Positions 28,348 to 41,400 of a stretch of 64,000 nucleotides of DNA are shown here, in pieces (the stretch's first letter is position 1; the number at the start of each line of letters is the position of its first letter). The position numbers and the translations under genes were made by a program. Below the pieces are notes generated by a model that saw only the letters and a list, made by a program, of their open reading frames with translations, was not told where the DNA came from and made no database searches. This DNA is from Lingula anatina (taxonomy: Eukaryota > Animalia > Brachiopoda): contig CM120643.1 in assembly GCA_051362555.1 (NCBI GenBank), positions 17,178,848 to 17,242,847 on the forward strand, in the 5' to 3' direction.

Positions 28348-28915
28348 TTCCAGTAAGGAAAATAATCTTTACTTAAAGTATAATTTGAAATTTTAAAGCT
28401 TCTAATATACATCCTGAGATCTCCCACATGTGGCAGAACTCTAAACCTCTAGGATACACCAAATCACGTACATGGAGAAATCACCGATAGGAAGCCAAAT
28501 GTATGTACTGGTATGTAAATTTTCCGCGCTTTTGAGATATACACACATAAACTTTGGAATAACCATAAGACACGTAAAAACGCCTGTTTTTAAAAAACAC
28601 AAACATATTTTGAGGAAGTTTTCATAGATGAAGCCCGTTGAATAAAAACACTAAGAAAATAAAACATAAAAAAAATTATTTTATCTATTTTAAATTTTGA
28701 AAGTGAGAAAAGTTCTCGAGTTCACATGGAAGATTTGAAGAGTGAAATATTTTCAAATATTAAATCCAGTTCTTAAAAATTCTAGAGATATTTGTGCAGT
28801 TGATAAATATTGAAGTGGTCATAATGATAATATAAAGTTTGCGGGGATTTAGGATTAGTCTGATATTGTGGGGATTTCAGGACTGTCTGTTGATACAACG
28901 ACTATTGAAAAGTGT

Positions 28916-31900
28916 TCAATCCTCTTCAAAGGTGAAATCAAAGTCGAAATCCCCCACTGGAACATCCCACTCGGGCATGTCTTCCTCGGCCTCAATCTCA
29001 TCACTGGGCATGTCCAATGCCATCATGCCACCTTTCCCATTTTCGGGCATCTCCATGGCCACTATGCCGCTGTCTTCCCTCTCGTCATTGGGCACATCCC
29101 ACTGAAACAATTCGTTGAACCCTGCCGCCTTGTCGTCTGGCATGTCCCAAGGCACAAGCTCACAGTTATTATCGCCGGTGCCAATAGTTGGGGCGAGTGA
29201 TGCCTCCTGTGTGGTAGTGTGATTTTGGCGGTGCGCCGTAGCTGGAGGGTACCTTATCCTCTCCATGTCTTTCAGGAAAGATTCCTGTTAAAAAGAAAAT
29301 ATGAAAATAAGAACAAAAGAAATTCTTACTTCCAAAACAACAATAATAGGTTTCCATAACATCGATTATTTCCAAGAAGGTCACTGCATTTAAGTTTATA
29401 TTTTTGAGTGTTAGGTTTTAGCCTACTGTATACTATACTGTTTAATAAGATAATTGTATAAATTCCATATAACAATGTATTCGCAAATGGTGACACGCTT
29501 CATGCGTGATCCTGAATTACGAGCAGTTGCAAAGTCACTGGGATAGATATATACAAACCTGTGTAAAAACTATATTAATATTACCGTACCAAAAGGGAAA
29601 TTATGCACAAAATTTGTGTTACTGAAATGTGCATCCAGACAAGGAAAATGATAAAAAACAACAAAAGCACAAGCATATAAAAGAAGAGAATGGAAAAAAG
29701 AAGCAAGTACCTGGACAAAAGCAAGAAGAGGGGAGGACCTGCAGTCCATAGGGAATACGTTAGTGTGATAATCAGCAAGCCAACTGAGAAAAATAAGCAA
29801 ACAAAAATGAAGATGAAAAATAAAAGAAAAAAAAATGTCAAATGCAATAGAAAGTAAACAAAGACTGAACAGACAGGAACGAATCAAAAAGGAAAATATC
29901 TATAAATAGATTTAAATAAATTCTTCAATCTATGTAATTCCAAGGTGAAATAGCTAGCGAACTCTTACCGAAGGCACAATATGCCCTTCACGTCTTGCAC
30001 TCTGTTGACTTCATCACTGAAAATATAGGATCAACGGCACATTTAGTCAAAATTTTAAAAAATCTAAGTATACAAATTTTGAAATAATGAATGCCATTTT
30101 TTAACTCTTAAACATCTCCCGAATGAATGAATGAATGAATGGATGGAATAATGAATAAACAGAGATAGAAATAAATACATAAAACATCAATAAATACGCA
30201 GAGAGAAGATAAAAACGTTAAATAAATAATCAAATACAAAGAGAATATCGATAAATGCCAAAGAAAGCGGCTCACCAGATCAAGTTCTCAGCAAACTCCC
30301 GGAATGCCGGTTCTGCATAGTCGGCATGGAGGATATTTCCAGCCAGTATTTTCACTTTGATGGCTGCTCTGCCGTGTGGCTCGTTGTACCAGAGAGGATG
30401 TCTGCATAAAGAAATTGACGTTATAAAAATTGGGTGAATATTCACTTTTGAGACATTTTATAATATCAGTGGCGCCAAAGCAAAAGAAAAAGAGTGGGTG
30501 GATCTCTAATTTCGGTTTAAATTTAACCGAATTAAATGTCAATATAATCTGAATTCCAGTGCGTTAAAGTTTATAGCCAGAGAAAAATTGAAGTGAAACA
30601 GAATCATAAAATAAACCTATTTTGCTCCGTTTTCCACGGGGGAGGGGGGGGGGGGCAAAGATATATTAAAAGATAGCACAATACGAAGGATAAAATGAAG
30701 AAAATACACAACCCTATCTATAAAAATTGATTTTTTTTCCAAATGGCTGCATGTGTCAGTAATTTTTACAGCACTGTTATCAGGTAATATTTTTACCTGC
30801 CAACGTACAACTCGAAGATCATCACACCCAGAGCAAAGTAATCCGCCTGAACGGACGCGGAAGTGCGCATTAGAATTTCCGGGGCGAGGTTCTTGGTGAT
30901 GGTGTAAGCTACCATCCTCGGTCCCCAGCTACTCTCTCCGCTCTCGTCACAGCGGTGGGCGGACCCCAAATCACACTGAAAAAATGAAACTGAATAAATA
31001 ATTGAACATGGATAAAAAAACACGTACTAATAGTTGCTGTGTGTGTGTTCACTACAGTGCTCTTGTTTTAAAATTTCACTTTACAACACATTTAAACTGA
31101 AAATCGTTTGCAAAATTGCGTAGAATATGTAACAATTTAGAGAGTCTGCAAAACTTCCTTTGGTGAATTGCAAAACATTATTTTATAAAGAACATCACGC
31201 TTTGCTGTAACTGTTGATGTGCATATGGTATTCTGAGCCTTATAGTTGTACATAAAATAACTAATTATTTTGTGATAGAAAAATGTTTAAAATTTCGCGC
31301 TTTTACTGATATGATTGTACATTTACACGTAATAATGTTATGTAGCTCACCACTTTGGGGATGCCATTCCGGTTAATCAGGATATTATTCAGCTTAATGT
31401 CAAAGTGAATGAGTCTTTTATTCCTCATGAACTGCAAGGCTATACAGACCGACACCGTGACAAACTTGACAGCCCTTGACTCTAAAATCCCGCTGAAAAT
31501 AGAAATAGTTACATAAGTGAAAACAAAATGGAATTCCCATCGTATTTTTTAAATCTTATTTTTTGTTTCCATCAAAATTCGAAGATTTATATGGAATAAT
31601 TATCATTACGATATTAGAAACGTGGTCCATGAACAAATAAATTTAGAATAATTAAAAAAAAAATACAGATTTACATAATTTTTTAAAAATGCCCAATATC
31701 CTAAGGAAATACATGTAGTACAAGAAGAGGATAATGAATGATAAAAAAGCAAGCAACAGTTCACATTATTATACCTATTTTAACGTCGAAAACAAGAGTA
31801 GGGGAAAAATAAAATTAGATCATAAAAAGAGAAATTGAATTAACACGTACTGATAATCGGTCAGACGCTGGAGGTCGAGTGTGCAAAGTTCTGTCAAAAC

Positions 31901-33043
31901 AACAGGTAAGCCAGGCTTTACCTCGAATGAATGGTGCAAACTAAAAATATGAAAGGAAAATAATGTTATGAGACCTTTTAAACAATAAACATAAACAATA
32001 CAAGAAAATATGACTAAAGTTTTCAAAATGACTGAAAGTAATTAAAAAGAATAATATCAGGATATGAGCGCAATTTGACTAAAATGCAATGAGGGTGATT
32101 TTAAAACATTAACTTAGAGAAGAAGTGAAAATAGTTACCTCAAAATGAAATCGCTTTTGAGCTCTCTTAGAAGACCGATCTCCTTTTCAAATGCTTGAGC
32201 CCTGTCAATGTCTACCGGTACTTTCAATGCCCAGTCGTTTGAAAACTAAAATAAGAACATGATTATATAGCCCACGATGTCTGTTTGTTTATCTGATTTG
32301 TTCCAATCTAAGATCTAATATACCATTATTAGATCTTAGTTCCAATCGTCTTGCAAAATAACATGACCCCATCCCCCACCCTGGGGGATATGTAAAGGTT
32401 TACGGAAGCGGAGACAATGGAGGAATGCTACCATCAGTTCTCAGGGCGACTCCGTCCAGACCCCCCCCCCCCCCCCCCCCCCCCGACACACACACACACA
32501 CTAAATAAAGGATATAACATGAAGAAAGAATGACAATTTCTATTAAAAAAGTTTTACCACAAAATAAGTGGTATAGAGTCATCATGACATGGGTCAACCT
32601 TACTAAAATAAGATTTGTTCTAAAAAGATGCATACAACGTGATACAGTGAATTTATTTGAACTTATGGGCCTATACCTTGTACACATGGCCGTAACTGCC
32701 GACCCCCAACACTTGGTTGTTAGGAAATTCATTCATGTAAAGCTTTCTGATCTGTAAATAAGAAAACGCATTCGTTTTAAACGTACCACGGGAGTCTCTA
32801 TTTGTTTTAAAAGAATTTGTACATTGTTATTTTCTTCAAGCTCCGGTATATAAAACCTTATATTTTCACAAAAAGTAAATTTGGAAAGCGTAGTGGACCC
32901 TTTCCTCGTAAAATAAGTAGGAATGTTATAGAGAAGTCTGTTATTTCGCAACCAAACGCACTTTGCAACCGGTTGATTAATCACCTTATTTTCCAGGGCT
33001 CTCCGTTTGATGTATTCGTAACTGCGTTGTGCACCCAGAAACG
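28916..33043 (-). CDS. Divergent multi-exon Ser/Thr protein kinase with acidic C-terminal tail; 5' end not found
   Basis: Phase-compatible GT-AG exons (minus strand): 33043-32985 (tentative), 32751-32677 (LGVGSYGHVYK), 32245-32139 (WALK...EKEIGLL), 31940-31851 (LHHSFE..VLTELC), 31492-31351 (IHFDIKLNNIL), 30975-30797 (CDLG..LAPE..ADYFALG), 30401-30276, 30016-29969 (EVNR), 29783-29711, 29284-28916. 403 codons from 32751 to the stop with no frameshift. Confidence 0.85.
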
Positions 33044-34956
33044 CTAGATGTGAAATTATTATCATTTTAAAAAAGAAACATTATAGATCGCTTTCTTTTG
33101 CTTACGCTAAATCTTGAATAACTGCCGTTACCATCTGACGTAATGATTACGTTGCGTTACGTTTTGCTTTGACCTATGGCGTCATAATATTATAACTGTA
33201 CATTTTGACCAGTGCGTTATGACATAATTTTCCCCCCAAATCGGCACATGTCCGTTTTGTATTTTTCGAGGGGGTGGGGGTGGGGGGGGGGGGGGAGGGG
33301 GGGCGGCAGACAAAGACACATTATCGAGTGAAATTTGTGATGTGTAAACTACGGAGGATTATTAAATACAGTAAATTGAAAGAGTAAAGGATGACAAAAA
33401 ATGCTTGCTTTATCTTTCTCTTATTCTTTTACTTGTTTTACTATTTTAGATTTCATTTCGTCAATATAATATATTTTTTTTTGGGGGGGGGGGTCGGAGA
33501 ACACAGGAATACCTCAGTAGCGAAGGGGTCAAGTGCACACCCTGAGAGTGAGCCACATAGTCACATAGTCCAGGGACAGTTACATATATAAAGAAGTTAA
33601 AAGAAATATGGCTTAAATTTCTTTACAGATGTTTTTCTCTGTTCGCACCATGAAACCGCGGTTCAAGTCGTTAAATTGGCGTTATATATCACAAACCCAC
33701 GACCAGCGATCACAAACGACAATTTCACTTATAAGATATGCTGGTATTTTATGTCGTTTTTTGTTTTTTTTTTACAGAAGTGTACGTTGGAATCTTGTGA
33801 CCTATTTTCTGCTTATAGGAAAGACAGATCTTGTCCTGTTTGCCGTATAAAAAAATCATCATTGAATTTGCATTCGTTTTCCCCATTAAAGCTGACTTTA
33901 AAAAACTCTTTTTTTCCCCATTTAAGCTGACTTTAACAAAAAAATTGTTTAGACTTCTTGAGGCATAGTTTCATATAAATCTCATTCAAACTATTGTGAG
34001 GGATTACACAATGGCATTATAGGGATAGTTCAGCGATTTTTGACTGAGGCGTGGTAATCTAATACCTTACCGCGCTTGTGTATCCGCTTATCGAAATATG
34101 AATGTCAGTTTTACAGAGAGATCACTTAAACACGCCATTAGCAAATGTGAAAGACTGTTAATACATTTAATCCAGTAGTGACCGCTTTTTTTATATTGGA
34201 GACATATACTAGGCTTTTGGAATTTCATGCGTTAAGTATTAAAGGGGGGTTATTTTATAATCATCATTTTTTTTTATAATTGCTTTTTTATTTACACGTG
34301 GAATATGAAACTTGTTCCACATTGTCATAAATGATCAAACACGTGAAATCTGGATCTCTGTTTCCTATATTAATTTCAAATTCACAAACACTTGTAAATG
34401 CGTGGCAATAAGTCAGGCTGTACAAATAACATCTGTAAACATAAACGCAACAAGCAAAATAGCAAATAAAAAAGGGGAGTTTAAATTTAGTTCGTATTAC
34501 AATGTGTCAATAGGACCAATACAACACGAAGGGTTCTCCGGCACTTGTTGTCATAAAGTAGCATATAAAAAGAAAGAATTAAAGACTGCTCTTATATAAG
34601 TCTGCTTACTTACAGTTCTCCGTTGGCAACTGCGTATGCATAAAAGGCCACAATGCACCTTGGCTGGTTGATTTAGCTAAGGCAACACCGCTTTACATTT
34701 AATCACATCCCAGACTTGTCGCTTTATCACATTCTGTTCAAAATTTGTACGCTATGTATATCCCCACTGTTAGGGTATGTGTACTCGAGCAGCCACGTCA
34801 ATCGAGTGCGCTTGCATTTGTATGACCGGTGACACTGGCGCTGTTCCACGACAGTGAATTTATTGTCAACGAAGCACAGGTGACGAATTTTCCCCCATGA
34901 AGATCGTTAAGAGAAAGTTGGCGTTAGCTGTCCCGTCTTAAAGGAAATACACATAT

Positions 34957-35379
34957 ATGAACATGAGCAGCAAGGGAAATATGACACGAAGACGAGGATT
35001 AAATATGTACGCGATTTTCTCCTTCATCGCAGTACTTCATGTGTATCTCCAAGGTGAGTTTTTAGTTAAGTGTATGAGAATGTGCGATAGAGGAGAAAAT
35101 GGAGGGGGGGGGGGTACAATTATTAAGATAGAAAATCCACGTAGAGGAGTTTATTTCCTTATTAAGATTACACACAAACCCCTCGCCATTCAACAGGTTA
35201 TTTGTAAGTTTTATGAATTAAGTTTTCGTTAACCGCATAGCCGAACTTGACTATGGAATGTCAGCCTGTGAGAGTCGTTTCACCAACTCCTACCACAGGG
35301 TAAATGTAGGCCTAAAAAGATGAAATGGCTGAATAGTTAATATTGAGCAAATTGAGTAAAGTGACAGTCAAGCATATGT

Positions 35380-35438
<59 letters not shown>

Positions 35439-38400
35439 AGTAAGGCTGATCATAGTTGGAATATTTTCTTGGCTTTGGAAAGTGGAAATGACATCTTTTA
35501 TAAAACAAAATTTGCAAATTTAAAATAAAATCCTAACATGGTAATGGCCAGAGATAAGATTAATTCTATCCTCTACCAGGGCCGCAGTTTTAATTATGTG
35601 GACATTTTTCTGACGCGACAGTACAGAGAATAACGGTCAATTTACCCAATCTATGGCCCTGGCAGAAGGTACATTAATTCCAAGAATTAAAAAAGGAATC
35701 ATGTTATTTGCATCATTCATGGGCGTTTTAATTATTTTCCATACATACACATTTTCCACAGACATATACACGCTCACGACACTGCGCAGACATTCATTGT
35801 TCCTCTCTAATCAGGTGCGTACAGTTCCGAGGACGACCACCACGATGAAGACCACGACCCAGACATTGAGAACGCACTGTTGTCCAGTATATTTGCCAAC
35901 TATAACAGCATATCTGTCCCGCTCAGTCCTGGAGGTCCACTGGTCGTCAGCCTTGGGCTGGCCGTCAACAGAATCATCGACCTGGTGAGTACATGTACAT
36001 GTATATAAAGAAGTGTGAAGACAAAACAATAATTTGAAAATGATAATAAACCAGTGGCACATCTAGTACTAATATAACTATTTAATCATAGACTGAATCT
36101 GATTTTAACGAAAACCGGCATCACTGAAGAACGACAACAGGAATGATCATACAGGGGCGTCTTCTAGGTCTTCTGGAAGACGGTAAGATTTTAAAGTTTA
36201 CATTGACGGGTATCTATTTTTTTTCTGTTGGAAGACCATCAAAAATGGAGGATGGATCAACAAAGATAATTTGGAATACTGTCAAAAAATATCACTGGAT
36301 CAGCTCCTGTCATAGGTGTGTCTTACCTAAAATGGAGGACTGAATTTTATAAGCCTATTTTTTACCGGACTGTTTATAATTGTCAATCAACTAAGTTATA
36401 TACAAATTTGTAGATTTTAAAACAACAACAGCAACAATAATAATTATATAATATGTAGGTCACCATGCTCTAGAGAGAGGGTTGAAAATGAGACGTTTCA
36501 TTTAGCTAAAAACACATTACATTGATGATGTTTATTTACGTAAATTTAGGCCACCAGCCTATATTACATTACAGTAACAGGAGTCAAATTTATGCCTTCT
36601 ACATGTATATATCCCTAAGTTTGAAGCACTCATACACATACATTGACAGATTTGTCAATAGAGTTGCATCTTCAGATTTCATGAGCTTATTGAAGTTGAA
36701 TATGTTTGCCTGAATGCCGGGAATATATTTTGCTCTGTAACCATTATATCGTGGACACACAAGCACGAAATGGTACTCGTCCTCTATGTATGCTTCATTA
36801 TAAGCGTTGCAGCAGAAATCACAATGTCTAAATTTGGGATCTATATTTTGATGTCTACCCCTCTCGATTTTTAGATCATGACACGAGGTTCTAAGCCGTG
36901 ATAAGGCATTTCTAATCTTCCATGACGTAATTACAGTTAAATAGCGCTCCACATTTAGCATAGTTTTATACTCACTATAGCTATTCAGTTTACTATTGCC
37001 CTTCACATCAGCGGACCACTGTTGAAATGCAGTGTCTTTCAACCGTTGAGTAAACTCACTTAAAAAGAAATCAACATTTCCTATATCTTGTGACAGCCAT
37101 AACACACCATAGCCGTAGCTGAATAATACATGTTTTATCTTACTAGCCCATGTAATTCTACCGGACAGCTCTAGGTTATATAACATTTGGTAACATTGCC
37201 TTGGGTACCTGTCTCGTCCCATACATAATAATTTCAACCAGTATTTAATGCTGCGTGTGAGATAATGCACCGTCAGAGGTAGTCTTCCACATTCTCCTAG
37301 GGCTGCAGCGTTTGATGCGGAGCTTGGTAAACCTAAGAAATATTTACAAAATTTGATTTGCACTTTCTCTATCACCTCAACATAATTTGTACCCCATATC
37401 TCTGCGCCATATAACAAAATAGGCAGAAACATACTATCAAAGATATGAAAGGCTATATTATATGCTAGCCTCCCGCATTTTTTCTCAAAAAATCTCAGCA
37501 TTGTAATCGCTCGTAGAGCCTTAGCCGCATTATTTCGTTGAGTTGATGACCAATTATTACGTGTTGATACTAGCACCCCAAGATATTTATAATGTGAAAC
37601 AGTCTCAAGTTTGTTACCCTTGTAGTAAAACTGTTCATATTTACGTAGAGGTCCTCCATTCCTACACACCATGACTTTTGTTTTATTTGTACTGACCTCC
37701 ATGCCCCATTTATTACAAAATTCACTTAACACATTCAAATGCCGCTGCAGATGTACAACAGTATCTGTAATATTTACTATGTCGTCTGCATATAACAATG
37801 CTAGTAAATTTTGACACTCTGGAGATAAATATATACCACGACATTCCTTGTACTCTAAGTCTTTTATATAATCATTTAGATATAAAATGAAAAGCAGTGG
37901 ACTGACCATGCATCCTTGTCTAGTACCAATAGTACACTCAAAAAAATTAGTTAATCCGGCAGGCGTTCGTACGCAAGACTTAAGATTTGAATACATTGAT
38001 TTTAATACACTCAGTACCTTTCCGTGTACACCACAATTAGTGAGTCTGTGCCATAATAATACATGTTGTACTCTATCAAAAGCTTTCGAGAAGTCTACGT
38101 AAACACATTACATTGCCATTTGGTAACCGCTAAAATGAGTTTTAAATTTGCATTTTTGAACTAATTTAATGGAAAAACAATCTTAAATGGAGGTGATATT
38201 TTCGGACGGTTGTTGTGTCCCCAAATTTACTGTAAATAGCTAAAAAGTGGCCTTGTTAATATCGACAATATTAAGGTGAAAGACTTGTAAGTATAGCATA
38301 CCGGTTTTCTTACTTCATAATAACACGCTTTCACAGTCGCTTTTTCGTTGAAAGTTGACTAGAACTCACAAAATAGTCAACAGTGTCTTGTGCCTTTTGA

Positions 38401-41400
38401 AAGTTGCAAGAAAGGTGTCTACGAAACCATGACTTCAGAAATAATTTACTTAACAATAAAGTTTAGAAAATTTCAGCCCTTTTTAAAATGGTAGTTTGAA
38501 GAAAGGATAAATGGTTGAATCGAACGACCCCCTCATCAGATATGCTCAATTTTTTTTGACAAAGTTTAAAATGCACCATATAGAAATGCAAGCTTTGTAA
38601 AAGGCATAGGCTTTTATATCTATCAGGTCAAAGGATATCACAGGTGTAACTCTTTGTTTTATCATTTTGACCGATGAATTTCAGAGGTCAGAATACCTGA
38701 AAGGATTGTTGTTTCTGAAAACCTCCAGGTGAGAACTCGGTCACATTAAAATAACTCACTCTCACTACGGATTATTTACACCGGTGAACTGTTCGTCATA
38801 CTACATATATAAAAGGCCTATTTATCGAAGAAAAATTATTTTAAAAGGCGTTTGTATAGGATCTCATGTAAGTTTGGGTCTAAAACAAAAATTATAGATT
38901 AATTAGGTCAAGCCACATTATTACGTTGGTGTCTGATGCACGATAGATTTTTTTACTGGCCATAAAAAGCCGACATTTTTTATTTTGCCAAGGAGCAGCT
39001 ATAAAAGCGACAGTATAAGTATAAGCGACAGTGTAATAGATAAATAATTTAAAAAAAAATAAAGTTTAAAAAGCCACGGTGACTTGGTCAGTAGAAAATT
39101 GTTAACATTTATATATTAATGTTATTTTAGCCAGCTCCTTTTTATTTTGTGTGTGCGCGTGTGTGCGTGTGTGTGTGTGTGTGAAAGAGAGAGAGAGAGA
39201 GAGCATTATACGCTGTACGTAATATTGCACAGTGTAGACATTATTAAACTAGTTGATATTCCAGCGCGATGGAAAATATTTATGTTTGTAATGGCACATT
39301 TCCTGCACCTACTGCATCAACAATTATGAGAAAGGTGGCTCAATACTGAAAAATGCAAGGAATGAGTTGTTGGGGCCGAAGGGGAGGAGGGGGGGGGGAG
39401 GTGAGATTTATTTAACAGTCACCACTGTCGCATGTGCATGGTTGAAATCTTCAGAAATTTATGTTTGCAAATTTTCACTGAATTATTGAGTGTTTAAGAA
39501 GGGTAGTATCATTAAATGTCTTTTTGCTGTATTTTTAGGACGAGAAGAACCAGATCCTCTTCAGTGCTGTTTGGCTAAGAATGGTAAGTGAACATACGGA
39601 GATTAAGTCTATGAAAACACGTACTGTGATCTAAAGGTGTTTTATTACGGAAGTAGTTGGAACGCATAGATGCACGTGTGAATAAATATAGACAGACGTT
39701 TGTAGACTAGTATTGCAAAGTAGGCCTCCACCTAAAACTTAGTCGAATTAACTACTGGTATTTTAAATTTGAAACAAAGAAAATGAAGAAGGTGGTTGTC
39801 ACTATCTTATCGTTTATCCATTTAACGATCTTCCAGTTTTTGTTGAACGTGCATGCAATGTGCAAGTATCAGTAAAAGTGCTGCTCGTAAGAAAATAAGT
39901 TCCATTAATGGAAAAGACGCATTCTTCTCTTCCATGCTTAATAACGGCGTTGCATAAACCAGTCTGAGTTCGGATCGTACGGATTCGCGGCTGCCGTACA
40001 TGTAGCCTCTACGATGCGCCAAGCTAAAACTGGGTTTGCCCATTTGATCCAAAGTGTGTTCTCTATGAAATATCGTCTAATGCACACCATATATTATTAA
40101 AATTAAATTTATTTTGTTTTGTCTGGTGTCGCGTTGTCCCCAAAAGGGTCTTAATTTGAAACCGGTAGGAACGCGGCGTTCACATACATAAAGAGCTACT
40201 GTATATTTAAACCATCACGTTTTATTTTGACAGACATGGTCCGACTCTCGCCTATCCTGGAACGAGAGCCTGTATGGTCACATCGAGGACATCCACGTGC
40301 CCATAACAAGTATCTGGCGACCGGACATCATCCTTTATAACGAGTGAGTGACAAGTGTGAAGGAAAGAAGAACATTCCGAACACTGGTGGTAACATTAGG
40401 CATTAGGCTTGCAATGGTTAGAGTAACAAAACGTGCACCGCGTCGTTTAGTTCTTTTACTTATAACAAGAAATGCCTAGTTCTAACACAAAGTTGTGCTA
40501 CTTAAGCAAGAACAATGATTATTAAAAAAAATTAACAGGTACTCGGATAGCACAAACCTCCGCCAAGGCAGCCTAATTTTCATTGCTATGAATTGATCAC
40601 CACCAAATCAAGCCGTTTCTTAGTCCAAATTTTTTTACCTATCCTGGAAAGCTTAACGAAATCCGACCACTACTGTTGCAGTTCGGATGTTCACTACCAA
40701 ACCAACAAATGCAAAAAATAAATCCTTGTTGGAAATATTAAAAGCAAAGTGTGATAAAGATACCGAAATGCTTAATTGTTGTAAATAGCAAACAAATTAC
40801 TTGTGACCCAAGTCTGACATACATGTACGTACATTTCAGTGTGACGGAGGAACAACGGACGCTGGACGCCTACAAAGCCCAAGTGAAGTCTGATGGCAGC
40901 GTCAAATGGCTGGCGCCGGCGCTTTACCAGAGCTACTGCAAACTGGACGTCCAATACTTCCCAAAGGACCTACAGGTGTGTCCCATGAAGTTTGGCTCCT
41001 GGAGTTTTCATGGAGATCATCTGAATTTGGTGAACATGACGGAATATGGCGACGTCTCCAATTACGTCGCTAACGGAGAGTGGGAGCTGGTTGCCTTGCC
41101 AGTTGTCCGTCACGTCGTGACGTACCAATGTTGCTCTGAAGCTTACCCGGATGTGACGTTTTACTTCGTCATGAGGAGGCGGAGTCTCTATTACATGTTC
41201 AATATCATGGTGCCTTGCATTTTTATCGTATCCATCGCTCTGCTGACGTTTTACCTACCGCCAGAGTCTGGAGAGAAGGTTTCGCTTGTGGTCACGGTGT
41301 TGTTGGCGCTGACAGTGTTCATGCTGCTAGTGGCGGATATTATGCCTCCCCAAGCTGATGCTATACCGCTGATAGGTAGGTAGTGGGTTTTAAGACAGCC

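Noticed and set aside
33513-33590. Candidate upstream kinase exon (YVTVPGLCDYVAHSQG...)
   Set aside because: The only open frame ends in phase 2, incompatible with the phase-1 start of the next exon, and there is no clear acceptor or start.
35653-35988. 111-aa ORF with a TM-like segment
   Set aside because: Overlaps nAChR exon 2 in another frame; the nAChR frame explains the sequence.
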